The position numbers and the translations under genes were made by a program. A stretch of 64,000 nt of DNA, taken from Candidatus Poribacteria bacterium. Lineage in GTDB: Bacteria; Poribacteria; WGA-4E; WGA-3G. Where the stretch lies: assembly GCA_022824265.1 (NCBI GenBank), contig JAJEAG010000090.1, forward strand, positions 15,573-79,572, read 5' to 3'. Positions 1 through 8,101 of this stretch are shown here, piece after piece (the first letter of the stretch is position 1; each line of letters opens with the position of its first letter). The notes beneath the pieces were generated by a model, which made no database searches, had not been told where the DNA came from, and worked only from the letters and a program-made list of their open reading frames with translations.

Positions 1-163
1 ATGCCAACTGAAAACAGAGGAGAACAACAGTCATTACACTTGAGAGTACAGCAATCCATTTTAAGAGACTCTCAGATAGAATAAGCCATCGCCAAGTGCT
101 CCGAACTCTATTGAGTTTATTGATGATAGATTGGTAAATCTGATTTGTGTTTTGATTTGACAT
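1..163 (-). CDS. N-terminal part of a membrane protein running off the window edge (possibly DUF4175-like)
   Basis: Manual translation from ATG at 163 gives MSNQNTNQIYQSIINKLNRVRSTWRWLILSESLLKWIAVLSSVMTVVLLCFQLA, open to the edge. It has an AAGGA RBS upstream and is co-directional with the DUF4159 and vWA genes. Confidence 0.6.
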   Translation of the reverse strand, partial: MSNQNTNQIYQSIINKLNRVRSTWRWLILSESLLKWIAVLSSVMTVVLLCFQLA

Positions 164-237
164 TTGATTTCCTTGTATTCAGTTATAGGTAAACTGTAAA
201 CCACATGAAGGATTTTAAAGATGTATTCCAGTTTTGG

Positions 238-945
238 TCAATGTGTCAGAACATAGACAGCAATGTTTACAGCCATTTTTGATGCAAGTTCTCGGATTTC
301 TGGCGTGTCCTCTGGATGGACTCTTGGGTCTTCCAATCCATCTCCAATGTCAGCACTGTAAGCATAAAAGACAACCATTCTTCCATTGTGAAAAATACTA
401 TATCCTTGGGCTGGTTCAGAATCGTGTTCATGGATTTTTGGTAGACCGGGCAAATCGTAAAAACAGTGATATATCGGATGCGAATTTGGTACCGGTTGCA
501 ATTCCTGCTTTGGGAAAACCCTACTAATCTCCCTACGGAAACTCTTATCTAATCCGTAATCATCATTAACAAAAAGGAATCCACCGTTTGTAAGATATTG
601 TCGTAGCGAAGTAACCTCATCCTCAGTTAGACGGATATTTCCGTGTCCTACCAGATATAACATCGGATATTGATACAATTCATGATCAGTTAATTTGAGA
701 ATTACACGGTCATCAGCAGTTTCAATTTCAGTCCGTTCCCTGAGTAGGCTTAGCCAATTTCCTATTGCAGATGGATCACCGTACCAATCTCCTCCACCAC
801 CATACTGAACTTGTGCAATTGTAAATAGTTCACCAGCCTGTTGTGTACTAATCAGAATACTGAATGACAAGAACCAGATTAGAAGTATAAATCGTTTTCT
901 TGAATAGACATGATGGAATTTTCTTTTTTTATACCCTCTTTTCAT
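238..945 (-). CDS. DUF4159 domain protein
   Basis: Motifs YGGGGDWY, YPMLYLVGHG, LRQYLTNGGFLFVND, HPIYHCFY and DIGDG; N-terminal hydrophobic segment. Confidence 0.85.
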   Translation of the reverse strand: MKRGYKKRKFHHVYSRKRFILLIWFLSFSILISTQQAGELFTIAQVQYGGGGDWYGDPSAIGNWLSLLRERTEIETADDRVILKLTDHELYQYPMLYLVGHGNIRLTEDEVTSLRQYLTNGGFLFVNDDYGLDKSFRREISRVFPKQELQPVPNSHPIYHCFYDLPGLPKIHEHDSEPAQGYSIFHNGRMVVFYAYSADIGDGLEDPRVHPEDTPEIRELASKMAVNIAVYVLTH

Positions 946-1066
946 AATTTATTGTCCTTAATCAACACATTCCTGATTATATTATAGCGGGGTTAATTGT
1001 GCCACTTTAATTTCAAATAAACGGTAAGGAATATTAACTATCAATACAATATGTATGACAAAGTCA

Positions 1067-3376
1067 TTAAATCAAACCTACACGTTTTCGTATGAACCAT
1101 TCAGTCCCTAACAAACCAACGACTGCTATAAGTACTATGGGATGTGTCCATAAATCGCGTTCAGTATCTACAAATATTGGGTCCTGTTCAATATTTATCT
1201 TATCCGGAAGTGAGTGTGCATCATCAATTGTAAAATAGACACCACCAGTCTTCGTAGCGAGTTCTTTCAGTAGTGGTTCGTTTAGTTGAGGTGCTTCTAA
1301 TTCAATCAGTTGAGGGTGTACAAAAAGATCAATTTCATCCTCACCTAATGGTATATTACCAGCTTTACCCACTGCACGAATATTATAGGATCCTTTTTCT
1401 TCTACTCTCAATTGCGTAGTATAATTTCCTGCATTTTGTATTTGTGTTCCACTTGTTTCAGTATGTGTTTTCAGTGGAAATTGGGTGCCACTTGGTGTTG
1501 TAACGGATAATTGAATATCAGTGTTAATTTGTGGATCAATAGTAAGCGAAAATGTTCTAATGTTTATCTTTGCAGTTTCACCTTGCGAATATGTAGAGGC
1601 ATCAGTTGATATATAGATCTGATTTTCATCAGACTGTTGTGCCATCCATCTTAGTGTCTGTGCCCAAAAACGTGAATACACTGTTTGATAGACTTTATCC
1701 TTATATGAATTGACACCAAAATCCCAATTCCAAATACCCTCTGCTGCAAAGAAAAGACTTTTTCCAAGACCAACTCGGTGGAATATCAGAATAGGTTCTC
1801 CATTGCTCTTATTTATGAGTGTTGTTGCTCCAGCTTTGAGTTGGAATCTTCGATAGGAAATTGAAAGTGCAGGTAAGTTTCCCCATATTTCGTTGTTACG
1901 TTCTATTTTGTCAGTAAGTTGCATAATTGGATGAAACATTCCGGTTTGTGTTAGGTTAAGTGCATATTCTCCTTTTTGTTCCATGCATCCATTCGCAGGA
2001 ATCTGAATTGGTAGTATTCTGGAAATTTCTGTCTTTCTAAATCCATCTACCCCTAAAGCATTATGTGATGGTAAAAAAATCACAGCCTTTCCGCGCTGCT
2101 CAACAAAATCAACAATCGTCCGCTGCTGTGCTGTTGTAAGATGTTCTGCAGATATATCACCTAATATCAACACATCATATTGGTAGAGTTCTTCACGAGT
2201 TTCAGGGAACCGAGCAGACGTAGTATCACTGTCTTGCGGGAAAAACCCATTGGAACGGGATAGAACTGAATCGTTGACATATTTTTTTCCTTGAATGACA
2301 AAAGTTGGATCAATATCTGGATCGCGCTCTAAGGTTCGTTTGAGAAATGCATATTCCCAACGAGGTCTCCCTTCAAAATAAAGGACATTTAGTTTCGCCT
2401 TCACCACTTTTATGGCAAACGTCCTTTCATTGTTTGTATCGGTTAGTTCACCTTCTAATGTAGGAAGTACTACCTTATATTGAAAATTTCCTTCTGTCTG
2501 AGGTGTCAATTTTAGTTCAATGACATGTTGACTACCTTTTGGTAATCTTTGTCCATCAATAGTGATTGATTGTCCATTTTTTTCCTCAGGAAAAGTCAGC
2601 ATTGACGCATCAATAAGACGATTAGTACTGGTATCTCGCAGTGATAATCTGATAGATTCAGCTGCATATCCTGTCTGACCAATTGTAATACGAATTAGTG
2701 TTTCATGTCCTGTATAGGCAATTGGTAGCACATCAACTTTCTGAATCTGTATGTCTTTTGGAGGTAGTGGAGAACCGACCCCTATTGCATAAACAGGTGT
2801 ATTCATAGCAGCAATGTTATCAATTGAAAGGTTAGATGTATTATGTGCGCCGTCAGATATTAAGATTATACCAGCGTTAGGTTGTCCGCGCCATGCTTGC
2901 ACCGTCTCCTTAATCGCAGAGGCAATATCTGTGAGTGACCCGTCTGGTTCAAAATTAGCGACACTTTTTGTACTTTCATGTAAGGAATTATCAAAATGGT
3001 ATAGATGGACTTTGTGTTCACTATTCACATTTTGTAAGAATTGGCTTGATTCATCAAAAAGCAGTTGGTTTACTTGATTTATTCGGGACGAATCTGTTTT
3101 ACCAAGATAGTTATCTTCCAATTGCATACTTCGTGATGTATCTACTAATATGGATAGATGTGTTGGAGGCGTAACATCTTTTTTTTGGAGTATAACCGGT
3201 GCTAATAAGCAACTAAGTAAAATTACTATTGCTATAAAACGTAATGTAATGAGTAAATAACGGAGGAACTGAGGTATAGGTTGACCTGCTCTGGTGTACC
3301 CATATAAAGTAATGCCTATTGAAATGATGATTGCAAGTATTATTGTCCAAAGAGGCAAATAGTATGTGAACTGCAT
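1067..3376 (-). CDS. Membrane-anchored vWA + class-I glutamine amidotransferase-like domain protein
   Basis: Two N-terminal TM helices, MIDAS DTSRSM and LISDG, VLYFEGRPRWEYAFLKR, YDVLILGD, and a C-terminal TM ending EWFIRKRVGL. Confidence 0.85.
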   Translation of the reverse strand: MQFTYYLPLWTIILAIIISIGITLYGYTRAGQPIPQFLRYLLITLRFIAIVILLSCLLAPVILQKKDVTPPTHLSILVDTSRSMQLEDNYLGKTDSSRINQVNQLLFDESSQFLQNVNSEHKVHLYHFDNSLHESTKSVANFEPDGSLTDIASAIKETVQAWRGQPNAGIILISDGAHNTSNLSIDNIAAMNTPVYAIGVGSPLPPKDIQIQKVDVLPIAYTGHETLIRITIGQTGYAAESIRLSLRDTSTNRLIDASMLTFPEEKNGQSITIDGQRLPKGSQHVIELKLTPQTEGNFQYKVVLPTLEGELTDTNNERTFAIKVVKAKLNVLYFEGRPRWEYAFLKRTLERDPDIDPTFVIQGKKYVNDSVLSRSNGFFPQDSDTTSARFPETREELYQYDVLILGDISAEHLTTAQQRTIVDFVEQRGKAVIFLPSHNALGVDGFRKTEISRILPIQIPANGCMEQKGEYALNLTQTGMFHPIMQLTDKIERNNEIWGNLPALSISYRRFQLKAGATTLINKSNGEPILIFHRVGLGKSLFFAAEGIWNWDFGVNSYKDKVYQTVYSRFWAQTLRWMAQQSDENQIYISTDASTYSQGETAKINIRTFSLTIDPQINTDIQLSVTTPSGTQFPLKTHTETSGTQIQNAGNYTTQLRVEEKGSYNIRAVGKAGNIPLGEDEIDLFVHPQLIELEAPQLNEPLLKELATKTGGVYFTIDDAHSLPDKINIEQDPIFVDTERDLWTHPIVLIAVVGLLGTEWFIRKRVGLI

Positions 3377-3408
3377 TCTATGTATGCTTTCTTAATTTAA
3401 TCTATAAA

Positions 3409-3438
3409 ATTATATCCTGTAAGTGTGGTCACTGTCAA
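3409..3438 (-). promoter_or_regulatory. Sigma70-type promoter for the vWA/DUF4159 operon
   Basis: TTGACA-N18-TATAAT on the minus strand, about 30 nt upstream of the start at 3376. Confidence 0.6.
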
Positions 3439-3483
3439 TATGATTTTATTTTAAAACCATAGGTATACAATTGTCGTTTTTTC

Positions 3484-3542
3484 TCTGAATCACAGAAGTC
3501 ACGGGATTATCTGAAGCGCAGATTACACTGATTACGCAGATT
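3484..3542 (+). repeat. Short degenerate tandem GATTAC-type repeat
   Basis: Sequence tctgaa...gcagattacactgattacgcagatt with about 9-nt periodicity. Confidence 0.4.
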
Positions 3543-3608
3543 CATTGAGTTGGAAATGTTGGAATCCTGTTGCTTATGTTGACAACATAATGCAATGCTC
3601 GTGCTGAA

Positions 3609-3634
3609 TAGCACAACTTGAAAGTTTGTGCTAC
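3609..3634 (-). repeat. GTAG-type REP-like palindrome, family A
   Basis: Minus strand GTAGCACAAACTTTCAAGTTGTGCTA; homologous to GTAGCGCAAACTGTCAGTTTGTG at 46118. Confidence 0.65.
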
Positions 3635-3666
3635 AAAGAGAAGGATACTATGAAAACTGGTATAAC

Positions 3667-3699
3667 ATGTCGGAGGTCGCTCCGTTCGCTCTAACCTAC
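3667..3699 (-). repeat. GTAG-type REP-like element, family B
   Basis: Minus strand GTAGGTTAGAGCGAACGGAGCGACCTCCGACAT; homologous to 32039-32064. Confidence 0.6.
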
Positions 3700-3786
3700 T
3701 ATACTAATTTTCAACAATCATCCTTGTGAACACAAGTGTTAGAATTATAGAAAACTTAATGGCTCTGGTAAGTTTGATAAAATAGG

Positions 3787-3816
3787 TTGACAAATGACTA
3801 TATCATTAGATAAAAT
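3787..3816 (+). promoter_or_regulatory. Sigma70-type promoter with a palindromic operator-like site in the spacer
   Basis: TTGACA-N18-TAAAAT; the spacer contains AATGA-CTATA-TCATT (3793-3807). An AAGGAG RBS precedes ATG 3850. Confidence 0.6.
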
Positions 3817-3849
3817 AAGGATATGTCAATTTTTTAGAAGGAGACGAAA

Positions 3850-4212
3850 ATGGCTGAAGAAAATGCAATGGACGAAATGATTGAAAGTGCTGACCAAGGT
3901 CCCTCAGAAAGTGGTATAGTTCTAAACGTAGAACAGATGCAAACCATGGAAATTGAACAGCGATTCAACAAAGTCAGTTCTGAGAATGGCTGGACAATTC
4001 AAATACTTGATACAGGACGCGTGACTGTCAATTTCATAACAAGTATGAGGAAATTCGAAACTACATTAATTGAAGGTGATGCCATTATCCGTGATGGTAA
4101 TGAAATTTTTATTGTCAAAAACCAAACTGAAGATGCCTATCGCAAACAACGCGGTTCATCATCTTTAGCACGTACACGTGAACAGTTATTGTCATCTGAT
4201 CCAGTGGTTTAA
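3850..4212 (+). CDS. Hypothetical protein (120 aa, acidic N-terminus)
   Basis: Strong RBS and promoter; no recognisable family. Confidence 0.7.
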   Translation: MAEENAMDEMIESADQGPSESGIVLNVEQMQTMEIEQRFNKVSSENGWTIQILDTGRVTVNFITSMRKFETTLIEGDAIIRDGNEIFIVKNQTEDAYRKQRGSSSLARTREQLLSSDPVV

Positions 4213-4374
4213 TTTACAGGCATAGATATAATATTGCTAACAACACATTTGCAGATGCTACGCAAATCCTAACATATTCATACAAAATAGTAAGAAGGTT
4301 AATTTCTAACTTGGAGGTACCAGACCATTTTAGAACGCATCTACAGACTCATATCAAGTTTAAAGGGTGGAACG

Positions 4375-4848
4375 ATGGTGCCGACTGCAGTTGTGTTGAG
4401 CCCTGATAGTTATGATAAGGTTGTATCGGAACGTCTTGATACGGAAACAACTGGTTCTGATGACAGCGAGTCCCTAAGACTTGAGCATCATCTCACATTA
4501 CCTGTATCAGTTAAGTCAGAGGATACAGACATTATCGTCGTTAAGGAACTTGTACCAAATCCATGCCCTATATGTCACCATCCCTTGAAGTTTCTACGTG
4601 AGTTAATTGAACGATTTGAGAATGAAGATACTAACCAGATACGTTGTCCACTTGGACATAGATATTCAGGAATTATGAAGGTTTACCATCTGAATATTTT
4701 TCAACAGAACGAGAGTGATGATGTATCTGACAAAGTTCTGGAATGTCCAACATGTAGTGGTAATAAAATTCAGTATTTAGGTCCAAAAGAAATGTTCTGT
4801 TTAGATTGCGATTGGGACAGCGGTATTGTGGCACGTTATCGAGTGTAA
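4375..4848 (+). CDS. Hypothetical protein with two putative zinc-ribbon modules
   Basis: CPICH...CPLGH and CPTC...CLDC ligand pairs. Confidence 0.7.
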   Translation: MVPTAVVLSPDSYDKVVSERLDTETTGSDDSESLRLEHHLTLPVSVKSEDTDIIVVKELVPNPCPICHHPLKFLRELIERFENEDTNQIRCPLGHRYSGIMKVYHLNIFQQNESDDVSDKVLECPTCSGNKIQYLGPKEMFCLDCDWDSGIVARYRV

Positions 4849-4873
4849 TATATTCTCAGCTACAATCCAATTG

Positions 4874-4900
4874 AAAAGCGCGTCCGTATAGAACGCGCTA
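4874..4900 (-). terminator. Probable intrinsic terminator downstream of groEL
   Basis: Minus strand AGCGCGT-tctatacgg-ACGCGCT followed by a short T run, between convergent genes. Confidence 0.55.
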
Positions 4901-4968
4901 ATAATTGCCTTCTTTGTTGTAAAAATATCACATTAAACGTGTATTAGAGAATCAGAAAACACTCTATT

Positions 4969-6600
4969 CTAATGCATGTGGTCATCTAGATCCGCTTCAT
5001 CAGGAAATCCAGATGGTTCTTCAATCTCAGTAATCAGCGTTTCAGTGGTCAATAGCAATCCAGCTATACTACTTGCATTTTGTAGTGCTGATCTAACAAC
5101 CTTCGTAGGGTCAATAACTCCGTATTCCAACATATCACCGTATTCTTGGGTTGCAGCATTAAATCCGTAGTTTCCCTCGCCACTTTCAACATTAGATAGG
5201 ACAACTGCCCCTTCTAATCCAGCGTTTTCCGCAATCGCTCTGATAGGAGAACGTAATGCCTCTCGTACGATGTTTCTTCCAGTGTTTTGGTCCCCATCAA
5301 GTTCAAGTGTATCAAGTCCTGTGATAGCGCGTAAGAGTGTAGTACCTCCTCCTGCGACTATTCCTTCCTCTATAGCAGCTCGTGTTGCAGCAAGTGCGTC
5401 CTCACACCGTGCCTTTTTTTCTTTCATTTCAACTTCAGTAACAGCACCAACGTTAACCACAGCAACACCACCAGCGAGTTTAGCAAGTCTTTCTTCAAGT
5501 TTTTCACGGTCATATTCGGAGGTGGTATCTTCAATTTGTGTGCGAATCTGAGCGACTCTACCATCAATGCTCTCTTTTGATCCAAAACCACCAACAATAG
5601 TTGTAGTATCCTTATCAATCGTAACTCTTTGTGCAGTGCCTAACATACCGACTACAATGTTTTCTAATCGGATCCCAGTATCTTCAGAGATTACCTGACC
5701 AGCAGTTAAGACTGCAATATCTTCAAGCATTTCCTTGCGTCTATCACCGAATCCGGGTGCTTTTACCGCTGCAACTTGCATATTTGCCCGTAGTTTGTTG
5801 ACAACTAATGTAGAAAGAGCTTCCCCTTCTATATCTTCAGCAATTATCAACAAGGGACGGGATAGTTGCATCACTTTTTCTAATATCGGAACGAGGTCTG
5901 CAATACCAGTAATTTTTTCAGTGTTAATGAGAATGTATGGGTTTTCAAATTCGACGACCTGTGTTTCCGCATCAGTGACAAAGTGAGGTGATAAGAAACC
6001 TCTATCAAACTGCATTCCCTCAACAATATCAACGTTAGTTTCGGATGATTTACCCTCTTCAATTGTTATTGCACCATCGTTCCCAACTCTTTCGATTGCT
6101 TCAGCAATGATGGTCCCGATATTGCTATCGTTAGCAGGATCGTTAGCTGCTATTGAAGCGACATGAAGGATGTCTTCATGTGTATTCACGTCACGACTTT
6201 GTGCAGAAATTGCGTTAACAACAGCATCAACGGCTTTATCAATTCCAATTTTCAGCTGCATTGGGTCTGCCCCAGCAGTAACGTTTTTTAGCCCTTCATG
6301 CAGTATTTCTTGTCCTAACAAAGTAGCAGTTGTTGTTCCATCACCAGCGACATCATTAGTTTTGGTGGCAATGGATTCTAACAATTGTGCCCCCATATTC
6401 TCATAAGGATCTGGGAGTTCAATTTCTTTCGCGACGGTAACACCATCACATGTTACTATTGGTGCCCCAAATGACTTTTGAATAACTACATTTCGTCCTC
6501 GTGGTCCGAGTGTAACTTTTACAGCATTAGCGAGAGTATCTGCCCCACGTTTGAGAGCTACCCTCGCCTCTTCATCAAAGATAATCTGTTTAGCGGGCAT
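4969..6600 (-). CDS. groEL: Chaperonin GroEL (Cpn60)
   Basis: [42 protein letters not shown] and [12 protein letters not shown]. Confidence 0.98.
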   Translation of the reverse strand: MPAKQIIFDEEARVALKRGADTLANAVKVTLGPRGRNVVIQKSFGAPIVTCDGVTVAKEIELPDPYENMGAQLLESIATKTNDVAGDGTTTATLLGQEILHEGLKNVTAGADPMQLKIGIDKAVDAVVNAISAQSRDVNTHEDILHVASIAANDPANDSNIGTIIAEAIERVGNDGAITIEEGKSSETNVDIVEGMQFDRGFLSPHFVTDAETQVVEFENPYILINTEKITGIADLVPILEKVMQLSRPLLIIAEDIEGEALSTLVVNKLRANMQVAAVKAPGFGDRRKEMLEDIAVLTAGQVISEDTGIRLENIVVGMLGTAQRVTIDKDTTTIVGGFGSKESIDGRVAQIRTQIEDTTSEYDREKLEERLAKLAGGVAVVNVGAVTEVEMKEKKARCEDALAATRAAIEEGIVAGGGTTLLRAITGLDTLELDGDQNTGRNIVREALRSPIRAIAENAGLEGAVVLSNVESGEGNYGFNAATQEYGDMLEYGVIDPTKVVRSALQNASSIAGLLLTTETLITEIEEPSGFPDEADLDDHMH

Positions 6601-6656
6601 ATAATTCCTCCTTATATAATCTTAGAATACTGAATTCGTATAAATTGAGATGATAA

Positions 6657-6685
6657 ATTATAACATGCTCATTGCGTAAAGTCAA
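6657..6685 (-). promoter_or_regulatory. Sigma70-type promoter directly upstream of groEL
   Basis: TTGACT-N17-TATAAT with an extended -10 TG; AGGAGG RBS before ATG 6600. Confidence 0.65.
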
Positions 6686-6840
6686 TTATCAATTATTAGT
6701 CAACGCAAGGAATGTTGCCAGTTCTTGCTACTCAGTGTTAAAAAGTATGGTGAGTTCGATTAATGAATAGTATTGTGTGCCAGAAGTCGCTTCCTTTGAT
6801 ATGCTGATTTTTACATAACTGACGTTCTAAAGATTCAGAG

Positions 6841-6951
6841 TTTTCAGAGTCAAGAGGAAAACGGCACAATTTTATCATGTGCCACGAACCTATATTCCGT
6901 CTGGTTTTGAAGGTCTATTATGACCTATTAGGTCAAGAATGACTCTGAAAA
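6841..6951. repeat. 111-bp element bounded by perfect 12-bp inverted repeats (MITE-like or structured RNA)
   Basis: Ends TTTTCAGAGTCA and TGACTCTGAAAA; internal GGCACA..TGTGCC hairpin and TGACCTA-T-TAGGTCA palindrome. Confidence 0.45.
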
Positions 6952-7063
6952 TTCGGATTATTCTACCAAAAACAATGACAACGGAATTTAGGATGTTGAT
7001 TCAACTAATTCCAACAGTTACATAATGAGATTCTGGAATTCACAATTAGGTGAAGAATGTAAG

Positions 7064-7088
7064 AGTCGTAATGAATTGCGCGACTACA
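7064..7088 (-). repeat. GTAG-type REP-like element, family C
   Basis: Minus strand TGTAGTCGCGCAATTCATTACGACT, an imperfect palindrome starting GTAG. Confidence 0.5.
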
Positions 7089-7118
7089 AACGCATCTCCT
7101 ACTAAAATTGATTCATTT

Positions 7119-7167
7119 GGCAGAATGCGGTTATGGCATTCTGTTTGGTTAGAAAACCGCACCTACC
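7119..7167. repeat. Composite palindromic repeat, family D
   Basis: GGCAGAATGCGGTTATGGCATTCTGTTTGGTTAGAAAACCGCACCTACC aligns with 44161-44203. Confidence 0.6.
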
Positions 7168-7214
7168 GAGGGTGTATGTGTTTCAATATCTTAGAAGATA
7201 CAGCCATGAGACTT

Positions 7215-7940
7215 CTATTGACTTGTTGACTGCTTCAGACTACCCCATGTGAGAGTGTATTTTTGAACAGGATGTACATCAAGTGAAGCATCACCTAAAG
7301 AAATCGCTGCAATAATAGGTACAGCACCTAATTCTAAAGAAATAGCATCTATTGAAACAATTTCTACGTTTGGATGTGGATTGTCCCATTTTGTGGTAAT
7401 CAATCCAGCTTTATTACAAGCTGGCTTTTCGTTTGCTGTCCATCCCCACACAGAATTATCATCCTCAAAATTTTTCTCAATATGACACCAATCATGGGAA
7501 TTAAAGTTTGTTATCATCTCAAGCTCTTCTGTCTTACCATTTTCATAGTTCATCACGAACTTGTAACTTGGTACACCAGCAGCTGACCAACCAGTTGCAT
7601 GGAAGAAGTAGATGGATTTTGCTACCCCTTCAACTGCAATGTCGTTTACAGCCTTGGGCCACCTTTGTGCGTTAGTGCCAAAGAGAACAACTCCACCATC
7701 AATTATCTGAAATTTCACCTTTTTATCAGGACCTTCAAATTCTGCAAATTTACCTATTGGTAGTAATGAATAAGTATTGTCACCCGCATTCAGTGTCCAC
7801 CATTGATGTCCAACCAGTTTAGTATTTGAGTAGGGTTCAAGGTCAACAGGGATAAATTCTTCTAATGCGAATGCTTGTCCAACTGAAAAAAGTGAGATTA
7901 AGGTAAGTACTGTGATAAGAAACAATTTAACAACTTTCAT
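7215..7940 (-). CDS. Secreted protein with a putative carbohydrate-binding-like beta-sandwich and a C-terminal VxxVxKx4WGxLK motif
   Basis: Signal peptide ending AFA; FIPVDL, SIYFFHATGW and WDNPHP..EIVSI; tail LDVHPVQKYTLTWGSLK. Confidence 0.75.
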   Translation of the reverse strand: MKVVKLFLITVLTLISLFSVGQAFALEEFIPVDLEPYSNTKLVGHQWWTLNAGDNTYSLLPIGKFAEFEGPDKKVKFQIIDGGVVLFGTNAQRWPKAVNDIAVEGVAKSIYFFHATGWSAAGVPSYKFVMNYENGKTEELEMITNFNSHDWCHIEKNFEDDNSVWGWTANEKPACNKAGLITTKWDNPHPNVEIVSIDAISLELGAVPIIAAISLGDASLDVHPVQKYTLTWGSLKQSTSQ

Positions 7941-8101
7941 TTTATTTCTCCAATTAAGTAAAATTTGCTTTTCAGTATAGACGTGAAAGAAAATACTGTC
8001 AATAAAATTCTGATAAAAAGAGAGGATAGACCGAATATGCTATTAATATCAGGATGTTGGTTCAGGGATAGAATTATTGTTGAATAGAGAAAAGGATAAA
8101 C

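Noticed and set aside
3484-3700. CRISPR array
   Set aside because: The palindromes differ from each other and lack regular repeat-spacer periodicity; there are no cas genes.
4976-6406. Several plus-strand ORFs antisense to groEL, and similar short ORFs opposite pckG, sat, lpxD and the beta-helix genes
   Set aside because: They are shadow ORFs fully overlapping well-supported genes, with no RBS or protein motifs.
6601-6840. CIRCE element or groES upstream of groEL
   Set aside because: No TTAGCACTC-N9-GAGTGCTAA and no GroES-like ORF is visible.
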